Part shown: positions 38,517-51,055 of the stretch, in pieces
Numbering within the stretch: the stretch's first letter is position 1
How the letters are laid out: every line of letters begins with the position of its first letter
Assembly (NCBI GenBank): GCA_038496445.1
Contig: JALMLS010000466.1
Coordinates: 744,001 to 808,000, forward strand
DNA length: 64,000 nt
Direction: 5' to 3'
Origin: Trichosphaerium sp. ATCC 40318
Lineage: Eukaryota; Protista; Tubulinea
Translations under genes and position numbers: made by a program
The notes under the pieces: generated by a model
The model's input: the letters and a program-made list of their open reading frames with translations, nothing else
Databases searched by the model: none
What the model was told of the DNA's origin: nothing

Positions 38517-40595
38517 ATGTCGTACGACTCGAAAAGAAAGAGCGAATACGATGATGAAGACAGGAAGTCTAAGCGCCACAAACGCGAAGGTACGGCTAAT
38601 TTACACCTGTGAACAAAATCTTTGGCAATGCTTTTGCTTTGATTTTATAACATCCTGTACAGAGAAGAAGGACGGAAAGTTCACTTGGAGCCTTCGTAGA
38701 GAAAAACTAAAAGCAGAAGGCAAAGATCCAGATGCAAACGCCAAAATGCGTGAAGAAGAGCGTAAACAAGAAATTGAACTGCAAATTGAGCGTATGACAG
38801 AAATGCAAAAGCAAAGAGACCAAAGAAGACAAGACAGGTACGACATTGAACCGTATGAGGCCAGACAAGCATTAAATAACCTATTTTAAGTTTAAACAAC
38901 AGTTTTTTGTAACTGTGACTTTTAAAGCAAACAGAAACATTTATTCAGCCTTCTTACGCGGTTTTAGAGAGGTACCAAGCGATTTTAACCAAGAAGAGTA
39001 CGATGAAGAGATGAGAAGAGAAGAAATGTTTCAGTTCAACCAATCAAAAGCAAGAGCACAGATTAGGGTCCAAGGAAACCGCGCACATGCTATAGATCAG
39101 CTATACGCAAATGTAGCACTACCAGAGTTCCATGCAGTTGTCCCTGAGATTGTTCTTCAACATTTGAACTTACCTCAATTGAAAGACACTGAAAACGATC
39201 GTATGATATACTCTGCAAGAGATGAAGATAATACTGTATACTGGGACTCTGTAGGAGAGTTATTAAACTACGCTATAAAGAAAAAAGAAAAAGAAGCTGA
39301 AAGAACGTCCTCAAGGTGGAGTGAATCGAATGCAGTTCATAAAGGAGTATCTGCGGACGTTGAAAAAATATTTGTGGTACGTATACGCAACGCTAAAGCT
39401 CAATCAAACCGTTTTAACGAAGATTTTATTATTTTATTTTTTTGTAAAGTCGTGTTGTTCGTGCTGAATGTACCAATTCTGGTTTATTCTTTGAGCCTAC
39501 AACGATTTAAGATGAAGAAATCATTTACTCACCGTTTTCGCTTAGGGTAAGACAATAGACGAGCTAAATAAGCTTGAAAAGCAAATATCATCAAAGATAG
39601 ACAGTGGACAAGCTCTTGATGAAGAATATTGGGAGTCTATGCTCGAGACGTTGAAGATTTTCAGGGCTAGATGTATTTGTAAGCAAGAAATAGATCGTGT
39701 TAATCCTACAGCAAAGTTTGCAAAGGCTTGGCGTGGAGGTAAAGCCATTATACAAAGAGTAGTCCCAAAGCCAAAACCACAAGTGGAATCTCTTGCAAAG
39801 GCTAAATTACGGCGTATTCAGGCTGCCAGAATGTCAGGTATGTCTCTAGCGTTGATTTAAAGGACATTTGAGCAAAAAAATTACCTTTTTTTACATTCCA
39901 GCTACGCGTTTGAACACTACGTGTCTGTTCTTAAAATGCATGTTCTGTTTCTAAATGTTGTTTAGGACGACGTGTACTTAATGATAGAGCCGCTTATAAG
40001 GTTGAAAGGCAAAAAGGACTTACTGAGAAGGAGGAAGAATTCAATGTAGCTTTTCCAATTGAGCGTGAGTATAAATGGACAGAACGGATGCCAGACGTAC
40101 AACCACGTATGCCTCTATTCTACAATAGGGTTATTGAAGAGATTGAATGGAATAAATACAATATAACACATTACGATGATGATAATCCTCCACCAAAAAC
40201 TCCTCAAGTAAGACGACAGCTGAGATTGTAGTGGTGTTTACTTAACTTTTTTTTTAAAGGGTTACAAGTTCACTTTGTTTTATGGTGAGATGATTCCTCT
40301 TCCTGGTGAAACTGGAACTCATACGCCTAAGTGGAGGAAACATCGTATTGATGATGATCCTAATCATATTTTGATTGAGTTTGTTGCTGGTCCACCGTAT
40401 AAGAATATCGCGTTTAAAATAGAGAACAAGCCATGGTACGTTTTTTTTGAGTGATTTTTTTTTTGTGAATTTTGTTGCTTACTGAAATTGTGCAGGGAGA
40501 TGGTTGGACGTAATAGAAATAATTTTAAGAATTGCTTTCAAAATGGAGTGTTGAGCCTTTGGTTTGAATTTAAGAGATTTAAATACAGACGTTAA
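38517..40595 (+). CDS. CACTIN: Cactin (spliceosome C-complex factor)
   Basis: FQFNQSKARAQIRVQGNRAHAIDQL, EWNKYNITHYDDDNPPPKTPQGYKF, AGPPYKNIAFKI; ends FKRFKYRR*. Confidence 0.95.
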
Positions 40596-40927
40596 GTCAA
40601 AATAACAACAGAGTGAAAAGAAAATTGTAGAATAAAGAGTTGAGTTGTACACAAAAGTTGCACAAAAAGATGATTTCTGTTAGGGCACTTTGTATGTATA
40701 ATTCTGTCAGTGTCCGTTTTAGAGAGAACTTATTCATGTATTGTCGGAATCCGTCTTTCTCTTGTAGTTGGTGAGTAGAATAAATACAGTTTAGGATCAG
40801 CTTTGCTTAAAAAGTTGAGGCTTTGCAAAAAATTGTGTAAGTAATAAAACAATAAATATGGTAGACGGTTGTACAACATTCAAATGTATTTCATACAAGT
40901 AAAAAAAACCGCAATAAGTTACAATCC

Positions 40928-43900
40928 CTACACAGCAGTCTCATCTGTTTCTTCTACATTCTCGTCACCTTCTGGAGCATCTTCAGTAGAATCCATTACT
41001 AGATCTATGTCACCGGATTCAGACTCTACATTTTCTTCAGGTGTTTCTACTGATTCTGCAGGTGTGTCCTCTACTTCAGGTTCTTCATCTGCATTCTCTT
41101 CTACTGGGGACTCTGGCTCATCTTGGGTATCCTCAGATTCCTCTGGCGCATCTTTTGGTGTCTCGGTGGCGTCAGCGTCTGCAACAACTTCTTCTTGTGG
41201 TTGTTCTGTTGTCTCTTCTACTTCAGGAGCAGATTCGTCTTCTACAGGAGCTTCAGGTTCAACTGCTGGAGTGTCTTCAGTTTCGTCCTCAACAGCTGGT
41301 GTCTCCTCATCTTGGGTATCCTCAGTTTCCTCAGTCGCGACTTCAGTTGTATCTTCTTCGGCTGGAGCAGCTTCAGTTTCTTCACTTGCTTCAGGTTCTT
41401 CAGCAGCTGGAGCATCATCAGTCTTGTCCTCAACTGGGGACTCAGGCTCTTCAACAGCTGGAGCGTCTACAGTCTCGTCCTCAACAGCTGGGGTATCCTC
41501 GGTTGTTTCAGTTTCCTCAGCAACATCTTCAGTTGTATCTTCAGCTGTTTCTTCAGCTACTTCAGGCTCAGCTTCATCAGTTGTTTCTGGTTCTTCTACA
41601 ACATCATTTGTCTCAGGTTCAGCAACTGGCTCAGCAACTTCTGGTTCTTCTGTCTCGACTTCAGGTTGAGGTTCATCCTCAACTGGATCTTCACTTGCAG
41701 GCGCAGCTACATCCTCAACAGGAGCCTCTGGTTCGTCTTCAACAGGAGCTTCTGGTTCTTCAGTGGTTTCCTCAGCAGGAGTTTCTGTTTCTTCAGCTAC
41801 TTCAGGCTCAGCTTCTTCAACAGGATCCTCAGATTCTTCTACAGCTGGAACATCTTCAGTTGTGTCCTCAGCGTCTTCAGTATTTTCAGGTTCTTCGACT
41901 GGAGATGTCTCCACTGGCTCTTCAGTTTCGGCATCAGCAATAGGTTCTTCTGCAGTTTGCTCGACATCTTCGGTAGGAGTTGACTCAACATCTTCTAGTG
42001 GAGATTCGGCTGTATTGTCTTGGGTTTCTTCTGGTTGCTCTGGTGCTTCTTCTGGTGTCTCTTCAGCAACAACTTCTTGTGGCTCTTCAACTGGCTCCGG
42101 TTCAGGTTCAGCTACGGCCTCAACAGGTGCTTCAGGTTCTTCTGCTGGTTCAGGCTCAGATACGTCTTCAACTGGAGCTTCAGGCTCAGCTACATCCTCA
42201 ACAGGTGCTTCAGGTTCTTGAGCTGGCTCCGGTTCAGGTTCAGCTACGGCCTCAACAGGTGCTTCAGGTTCTTCTGCTGGTTCTGGTTCAGGTTCAGATA
42301 CATCTTCAACTGGCTCAGCTTCTGGCTCAGATACGTCTTCAACAGGTGCTTCAGGTTCTTCAGCTTGCTCCGGTTCCGGTTCAGGTTCAGCTACGTCCTC
42401 AACAGGTGCTTCAGGTTCTTCTGCTGGTTCAGGCACAGATACGTCTTCAGCAGGAGTTTCTGGCTCAGCTTCGTCTTCAACAACAGGTTCTTGTGCTTCT
42501 TCTGCTTTTGGTTGTTCTGCTTCTTCTTGTTTATCTTCAACGGCATCTTCGCTGGCAACTACATTATCTTCAGTTTCTTCTGGCATGTCATTAGCCTCTT
42601 TAGCATCATCGACTGCAGCGTCAATAATATCCAGAGCGTCTTCTACTACTTCTTCAGCAGCAGCAACTGTATCATCAACAATATCTTCTGCTTTTTCAAC
42701 TAAGTCTTGAGCAATTGTTGCTTCTTGTGGTTCCTCTTTTTCTTCTTCTTTGTTTTCTTCTTTTTCATCAGTTTCAGCTTTTTCTACGGCTACAGGTTCT
42801 TCTTCACCTTCACTTTCTTTGGCAGCATCTTTTTCTTCATTATCGGAACCATCTTCGGATTTCTTCTCTGGTTCTTCAGCAGACTTTTTGTCTTCTTCTG
42901 TTTCTTTCTTGTCAGCTTCTGGTTGATCGATAGAAGCCTTAGGTAGAACAGGGTATAAGTTTTCAGTTCCAGGACCAACACTATGAGAGGGTACCTCAAC
43001 TTCAGGAGCAGGCTAAACTTTGGTGTTAAAAGTACAATCAACAAAATCAATATTATTTACCTGCAATAATGGAGCGTTCTTGTGGCTGTTTAGTCTCCAA
43101 TCATAAGAGTGAAATACAACTTTAACTCTCACAGGGTCAAAAGAATCACCCTCCCAGTATTGTGCAATGAATTTGCGAACACCTCCTTTGGCCTGAACGA
43201 CAAGAAATAAGAACAAAGAACAAAACGAAGAAAAAAGGTGGTTGAACTGATCTTTTTTTTTTTACGTACCCTGAATACATCAGAAAACCGTTTAAAGAAT
43301 GTACAGACATGCAACCTACCGTCTTCAAGACGAACTGCTGAGCTGTTGATGAAACGCTTTGTAGCTGCTTCCATGTCGGCTTCGATAGTTTCCTAAGCGT
43401 AATCAGACGGTTTTAGTGACAGATTTGTGGCTGTTATTTGCTTACAGCGTCGTATGGTTCTTTTTTGAGTCTACAAAATGGATTAGCGATTAGTTAACGT
43501 TTTGTGGTCGTACCTTGGGCATGACAGCACTGCGCTGTTAATGCAAAAATATACTCTCGGTTCACGCATATTTTTTAGGACTTTAGATAGAAACATCTTT
43601 ATTGTTACGCTAACGCCTGCAATAGTGTATCGCCTAGCAAATGTCACAAAATAGGAAAGTTTTTTTATGCTTTGTACCTCCGCGCAAAGCTCCAACGTCT
43701 TAATATTGATGTATGACCAGGATAGTTAGGCTCAGACGTCAATTTTAAAGTGACGCCGTGGATTACGACATAGTTGTACGCGTTGATATAAAACGCCAGC
43801 ATATCTTGTGTTGTAAAGTCGCTGATATCCTGGAGAGCAAAGAAGTCAATATTTCTTGCCAATCCTTCAGGCTCCTTCAAAATCGCGCTAAACACATTTA

Positions 43901-44121
43901 GAGGGTCTCTACAAGCAAAAAGACATAGTGTAGTGAAGAAATAGACTTTGCAAACGCGTTTTCGTTTTAGCAAGCGAGAAACAAACAACAAACGCTCCAA
44001 TACGATTTTTGAGCGTTAATAGCTGATATACGCACTCATAATTAACTAAACCTTGTTCATCGATGAACTTTGCTAGCGAGTAAAAGCCAACATCACCTTC
44101 TTCATCTTGAACAGGTTCCAT
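40928..44121 (-). CDS. DUF547 domain protein with very long acidic Glu/Pro/Ala/Val tail
   Basis: LAFYINAYN, EPRVYFCINSAVLSCP and YDWRLN; last exon 42940-40928 is open and acidic. Confidence 0.8.
42085..42450 (-). repeat. Coding tandem repeat (EPEAPVEDVAEPEPEPAE-type units)
   Basis: Repeated tcaacaggtgcttcaggttct / ggttcaggttcagctac blocks on the + strand. Confidence 0.9.
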
Positions 44122-45231
44122 GCTGCTACAATAACAAACACTGACTTATTTTGGTGTTTTTCACTCAACAGAAAAAAGCATGTGCGATTATTCAACGCAA
44201 AAAATGTGGAGGGGACAGGTAGCCACGGATTGGATTCAAACGATTACTGTTGACACTATTGCTAGCTTGAGCATCCTTGGTTGACAGTATTGGCGTATTA
44301 TTTACAATTTCTTTCAAACTGGCTTCTCCAAACTCTTCAAATAGGAATACTGAATTGGAACAAAAGCACCAAGCCTTACTGTATGGTAGTAGACAAATGT
44401 TCTTTAAGCAAATACGTTAACATGAGAGGCGACCCGTGGTGAGTTAAAATTCACTTTTCATAAATCACGTGATGAATTTTAAAAGGTCCATGTGTGAAAG
44501 CAAAGCTACGGATGAAATTAGACACTGTAGGTACGACATTATTCGTTATGTAGAAGTTATGTTGAGAACTCAGAGCGTGCGTGCATACTAACTGCGAATT
44601 GTTTTCGTGTTTGAGTTGCACGAACAACCAAGTAGGGCGCTCAACAATTCGTTGCTTGAAAAAAAGCGCCTACGAATAAAATCGAAACCTCATGAGCGTG
44701 GACGTCACCGCTGTATCGGTTGTATCGAGTGTATTGGTAAACCAAAGGTAAATTAGAATCAGCTGTATTCTCGCTAGCGCTTCTTACCTCGTAGCAACAG
44801 TTAGCATGGTAGTGATACCTGTTTACATTTCATCGCCGAGAAATCTGAAGTCAAGAACTGTATCTAACTACCACGTTTGAGCTTTATGTCGGAACCTCCT
44901 TTATGACATCATGCACCTTCAATTTGGTTTCCAACAAACGTCAGAATTACTTCAATTGAGATGTAGCCTAAGTAATTATTGTTTTTGTAGTATAGCTCTG
45001 CAGTTTTCAGTTCGTGAAGTTTGGTACTTTTTTTGTGTAAAACTTGCAGTTGAACGGTTTATTTCTTTCACACACTTTCCTATCACAAAGCGATGGTACC
45101 ATAGTTGTTTGTTTGTAGTATTTTTTTCTCACAAAATAAAAAGAAGTCGTTTACTATATTAGACATTTTCGCCGCAAGAGGTGTAACTGGCGCTTAGACT
45201 TGCAGACAAGCTTATATATTGAGTACATAAA

Positions 45232-47118
45232 ATGGTGTTTACTGCTAGCAAAGCGTTAATCGCTTTTTTTATTACTTTATCAGTCTCTACTTGCTTTTGC
45301 GCACAAGTAGACTTATTGGAAGAAGATTTCAGCAGAGATCCAGCCTCAATAATTTCAAGCGCTTTATTTTTCATTACAGAACCCTCAAGCTATTTCGGAG
45401 TACAACGTCCACAAAATGATGGCTTTGGGTTCCAAACGGGTCCACCCGATTTTCTTCCTTCGTATTCAATTGCTTCATCAACGTACCTGGTCCTACGGGA
45501 AGTTTCAGAGGAATTCATTAGATGGAATGGTGTGCATTGTTCTTTTTCTCGGAGTGTTTTTTACCAATCTTATTTATACTTTTAGGTTTACCGCTAGCTT
45601 CGGGTGTACCTCATGAATTGCGTTTAATAATACGCTTGGCTCATGATCCAAGCAACAACGCAACAGCTGGAAACGCATCATTCTCCATAAAGCCGTCAAC
45701 CGGTACAAAAAGAAACCGCTAACTTTTTTTTGTACTGACCCTAATAAGACACCGAATGGACTGACGTTATGTGCTTCACTGGAGGATTGACAATGTATGG
45801 TTGTTCAAGTGCTTCTCCAGTATCGATTCAGCTATCTGAGACTGAGTTTTCTATCGATTTCAACTATACCGGAGGCAATATGGACCTACGCTTCATTGCA
45901 AGTATTCCAAATCAGGACATAGCTCTCAGCTACGTCTACTTAATCAAAGACCCAACGCCACCGCCTACAACTGCTGCACCTACTACTATGGCGCCAACTA
46001 TGGCACCAACCACTATGCCTCCGACAGTGGCACCTACTACTATTATGCCAACAATGGCACCTACAACAGCCGCACCAACTGCATCGCCAACTGCATCACC
46101 AACGAATGTCATAATACCTCCAACTGCACCTACTGTCGCCTTTCCAGATGTTGAACCGCGAGTTGACTGCGTTATGGATAATCTTGATGGCACATTTACT
46201 GCCTTTTTGGGATGGACTGCTCCAGTACGTTTTTTTTGAAAATATTAACGTACTACTCCTTTCAACTGAGCTAACTCATATTCAGGAACCAGTTGAGGTA
46301 TTGGTAGGTGAAAACAATAGGATTTCTTCAGCGCCTCAAGGATTACCTAACCAACCTACAATCTTCAATGGTACTCCTGGGTTCTTTCCAACTGAAGGAT
46401 TGTACGAATTTAAGTTCGATGGTACCTCTACAAGTTGGACTCTTGGCGTACGTTTTTCAACAGCAATATGCATCTGATAGATATTAGAAAGGTGTGGTCA
46501 ACTTTAGAGGAGGTGATTCAAGTACTGCTTGCAAGACAGATGGTATTTAACTACTTTTTTTTGCCTGCTTGGAACATCGCTAATTGTTTAAAACTTTAGC
46601 TGCCTCTATTGCACTTGGTGTAAGCAACGCATTCCCACTTGGAGATACTCTATTGCGCACAATAGGCGATAAAATTCTTCAAGCTATGGGTCTTACAGAC
46701 GCAGATGCTATAACTACACAGGCGCCTGATGCATCCTCCAAACGACAAGCAGCAACTACTGTTACAATTTCGATCACAAGTAACGGAGGTAAGGTTTTTG
46801 TAGTATTTAGCAACTCTGACTCCCAATATAGGTAACTCTGGTACCGTAGCAACTACAGTGGCCAGTTTTGCTTCAAATGCAGATACTTTACAGACTACAA
46901 TAACTGAGTTGAACACCGAGGGTGCTACTGTTACCGTACGTACTTCTTGTTTGTATATTGTTTAACTCAACTCGTTGTAGACGTCTCCGGCTATTGTAGC
47001 GCCAACTTCTGTAGTTGTGGCTGACCGAAGAGCAGCACCTACTTCTCTTGGGTATAAAGCAACTGTAAACACACTGCTAGTATTGTGTACTGTCTCCCTC
47101 GTTGTGTTTATGTATTAA
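45232..47118 (+). CDS. Cell-surface protein with Pro/Thr mucin-like stalk, probable GPI or TM C-terminus
   Basis: Signal peptide, PTTAAPTTMAP repeats, DCVMDNLDGTFTAFLGW domain, hydrophobic C-terminus. Confidence 0.8.
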
Positions 47119-47256
47119 TTTGTATCTGTCACGTAGTGACATTATTCGTTTATTTTTTTGATTGTACAGAACGAATTAAGTAAATAGTGTTAAGTTAGCC
47201 TTGCGATTGTTTTTGAAATTATTCTGGCTGAGTGACACTTGAAACGACACGAGGTT

Positions 47257-49758
47257 ATGGAATTTGTTTATAAGAACTCCAGGAAATCAGGCTCGTTGAA
47301 TATAAGCAATAGGTACGCGCTGTGGCATGAATTTGACATAACATCAACGAAGAGGCATCGATAATCTACCTACAGAATTATGGAGATGGCAGTCATTGAA
47401 ATACGAAGGTGCGTATGTTTTTGAACGCTTTTTTTAATTTTCGCGCCTTGTTGTGTACCGTCCTCAAAACGTTTTAAAGGTGAAGATTGGTGGGAAATGG
47501 TACCTCTACAGCGCCTTTTAGCATCAAATAACGAGCTACGCGCTATTGAACCTTCTGATGATTGTGACGTCCCTGCATGCTTTCCAGAGATATCTCACGT
47601 TGATTTATCAGCGAACGAGATTACTACAATCGCTGAGAGTTTTTTTAACTTGCCCACGCTAAAAACGATGAATTTATCAGACAACGAAATTCAAGAGCTT
47701 CCAAGTTTACACCACTTGATTGCCTTGAAATCTCTCTCTGTTGCCAGAAATAGTTTATCTAGTATTGATAACTCTATTGGGAAGCTTGAGAATATTGTAA
47801 AACTTGACTTATCGTCGAACCATATCAAGGGTAAGTTCCTTCATCTCACCCTTTTTAGAATTTTTCGTATTTTTTTCTGACTTTAACATTAGATTTACCG
47901 CCTTCTATATGCGATTGTAAAAATCTAGTAAGTTTGGTTCTATCAACAAATAAGATACAAAAACTGCCAACAGAGTTTGGTAACCTGAAAAAATTGGTTA
48001 AGCTAGAATTAAATAAAAATCTGCTAACAACGCTTCCAGAATCATTCAATAAGCTAAACGTACATTCCAAAGATTTTTACCTTTAATATTTTAACACGTG
48101 TCGTAGAAACTACAACATTGCGAACTCGTTTCCAATAGACTAGAATCGCTGCCTGATATCAGTGGCCTTGAAGCGCTATTGGAGTTACACCTCGCATCAA
48201 ACAGGTTACACAATGTGCGCATAAGAAGAGAAAAAACCCTCAAGTAATGTAGCTGACAAATCTCTAGATAACGCCTTCTATTTCATCTCTCAAAGCGTTA
48301 CTCGTATTAAATTTATCCGATAACGGCTTAAGAGATGTACCAGATGAGATTGCACAACTAGAATCGCTGAAAAATCTTAATTTGGGGTAAGCCACATTCT
48401 TTACTTTACTGTTGGTTCTCTTTGCTTATTCTTATCTAGAAACAACTTACTAAACCAAATTCCACCACGCATTGGTCTCTTAGATTCTCTACGACAAATA
48501 AACCTCAATGGCAACCCATGGAGAGGTATGAAACGTGCAATCGTTTCAAAGGTAATTTTTTTACTTTTTTGCATGGAAGACTTACCTTTTCTTTAAAAGA
48601 GTGTAGAAGAGATTAAGGCGTATCTTAAAAATCGTATTCCAGTGGATGGTAAATGATTTCTTTGATTTTAAACCATCTAAACCACGTAGAATTACCAGAG
48701 ACAGAGGACAATGTTGATCTTGGTTTATACCAAGTGTCTCAAGGAGAATTGAACTTGGAGCGAAAGAATCTTGAGTCCCTCGTTTTCCCTGAAGGTATAT
48801 TATATCCCTATGCATGTTAACAAGTTGTATGACTTATATTCATGTTTTAGGTATACTTGAGGACGTAAAGACTTTAAAGTTAGGTCATAACAAATTCAAG
48901 ACCATCCCTACAAATATTGGGAAAATGAAAAATCTAAACACGTTTCACGTGATTAACAACAAGGTATCAAAGTTTATTTTTTTACTATTCCTGTTTTAGA
49001 ATTGAATTAACTTCTTGTTGTAGACGCTCTCTGGTATACCTGATGAAATGTCTAACTGCACTGCAATTAAAAGTTTGACCATACAAAACTGTAGACTTGG
49101 GTCAATGCCGAACGCTATTTATAGTCTTGTTAATGTTACTGTACTTAATCTAGAAGGTACCTCAACTTTTTGTGGATATGTTCATGCTTTGGCTCATACT
49201 TCTCTTTTAAGGAAACGGCATGCCTTCTATTTCAGCGGATATTGCAAACTTGTCTTGTTTGGAGGAACTTAACTTGAACTATAATCGTTTAGCAGAAATT
49301 CCTGAGGTAAAAAAACCTGTTTGACTTTATGTTTTTAACTGATTTTCTAGGGTATTATCTCTCTTGAAAAGCTTCATACGTTGAAGATATCAAGTAATTC
49401 AATCAAAGAACTACCTCTAGCAGTAAGAAAAATGACGTGTGAGTGAACAAGGATCCATACTTTTTTTATTTACTCATTTTTTTCAAACTAGCATTAAGGA
49501 CTTTGGATATTAGCTGCAACATCTTGACAGATGTAGAACCAGAGATTGGTCTTATGACCCATTTAACAACATTAAATATTCAAGGTATAAAAGATTCTTG
49601 TTGCTTTTTGAAGCAAGCTTGTCGAAACGTCCAACTTTTTTTCTTGTAACTCTCTTACTTTCAAAATAGGGAACAGAATTCGTCAAATCCGACAATCTAT
49701 TATAACTGGTACAACTGAGAGATTATTGGAGTACTTACGCTATAGAATACCTGAATAA
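47257..49758 (+). CDS. LRRC40: LRRC40 orthologue
   Basis: SRKSGSLNISNR, EDWWEMVPLQRLLASNN, two LRR blocks each ending in GNxxR...YLxxRIP. Confidence 0.85.
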
Positions 49759-50008
49759 GGAACGAAATCAAAATAAGTTGTAAGAATAGAATAGTATGTT
49801 TTTAAAAACGTGCAAAGCGGTTTATTTATACTTTTTTTGTGTCAGTGTTCGATTACACTAGTTTTAATGGATACTTTGTAATGGTGATAACCAGATAAAA
49901 CTATGTCATGCGCTGAGGTAAAGAAATCGTGTGTATAGCCATTCTGATTGTTTTTTGTTGCAGTCCAAGTCGCAAAGGTTACAATCTTTGTTGTACTAAG
50001 TTTTAATT

Positions 50009-51055
50009 TTATACATCCCATTCTGCTTTTGGGAAACTGGTTGATATAATCTCTGCACCAAGTTTTACCAACGATTTTATACCTTGTAATGTTACTACTG
50101 TTTGTACAACTTCAATATGATGAACTCCTTTAAGAGATAAAACACCATCATCTGTAACATTAGTATAATTAAGTGTTATTTTATGAACACCAACAAGCGC
50201 CTTAACACCTTTATCTGTAACATCAGTACAATCAAGCCCAATAGTATGTACTCCTGCTAGTGGTATTATATCATCGTCTGATGCCCTTGTAAAATCAAGT
50301 ATTATGTCATGAACACCAGCAAGATTTGAAATACCTAGCATTTTCAAGTTCATTCCACAGTGTCTTAAGTTTATAGAATAAACACCTTTAAGGTGTTTTA
50401 ATCCTTCTCCTGTTATTCCATTACAAGCGTTAAGATTTATGGAGTGAACGCCCGAGAGTGATGAAAGAGCGGCATCAGTAACAGATGTATAGCTAAGATC
50501 GATCGAGTGCACATTTGTCAACGACTGTACATCTTCGTTTGTAATATTTGTTGATGTTGCGTTTATGCATCTAACACTTTTAAGATGTTTAAATCCTTCA
50601 CCTGTAATGGCACTACAAACTCCAATATCTATTTCGTTAACGTGTTTAAAGTGAACTAGATGCTCGTCTTTTACCCATTGACACTTTGCAAGGCGTATAG
50701 AGTAGATACCAGATAGACGGTGAAGATTCTTTCCTGTCAATTTGTTCTGTTCTCTTAAATCTAATCCCATAGCATCCTTCAGTAATTCCAAGTGTTTGTC
50801 TTTGATCGTACATTGTTTAAAGGTAATATAAGCGATTTTAACGAGATTTGGTGCTGTTTTAACAAGTTTTTTAATGTCGGTTAACTTACGGATACACACG
50901 ACGCGTTTTTTGACATATTTAAGGTACTTGATGGCTGTATCTCGAAAAAACTTGGACACCTGCACTACTGAGTTTAATGGACAAGTGAGGCATTCGAAAA
51001 TCATCACAACTACTTCCATAGGCATTTGGCTAAAAAAAGGCGTGTCTCCGTTCAT
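50009..51055 (-). CDS. Intronless F-box/LRR protein, paralogue of 32344-33468
   Basis: FSQMPMEVVVMIFECL F-box and LxGVHxIxL repeats. Confidence 0.88.
   Translation of the reverse strand: MNGDTPFFSQMPMEVVVMIFECLTCPLNSVVQVSKFFRDTAIKYLKYVKKRVVCIRKLTDIKKLVKTAPNLVKIAYITFKQCTIKDKHLELLKDAMGLDLREQNKLTGKNLHRLSGIYSIRLAKCQWVKDEHLVHFKHVNEIDIGVCSAITGEGFKHLKSVRCINATSTNITNEDVQSLTNVHSIDLSYTSVTDAALSSLSGVHSINLNACNGITGEGLKHLKGVYSINLRHCGMNLKMLGISNLAGVHDIILDFTRASDDDIIPLAGVHTIGLDCTDVTDKGVKALVGVHKITLNYTNVTDDGVLSLKGVHHIEVVQTVVTLQGIKSLVKLGAEIISTSFPKAEWDV

Noticed and set aside
42085-42450. Possible CRISPR-like array
   Set aside because: Repeats are in-frame coding units without unique spacers, in a eukaryotic context
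40869-42946. Several long + strand ORFs (Ser-rich, Leu/Gln-rich, Phe-rich)
   Set aside because: Antisense shadows of the low-complexity acidic exon on the - strand
44204-44530. Short spliceable ORF MWRGQLEHPW...
   Set aside because: No homology cue and no clear end
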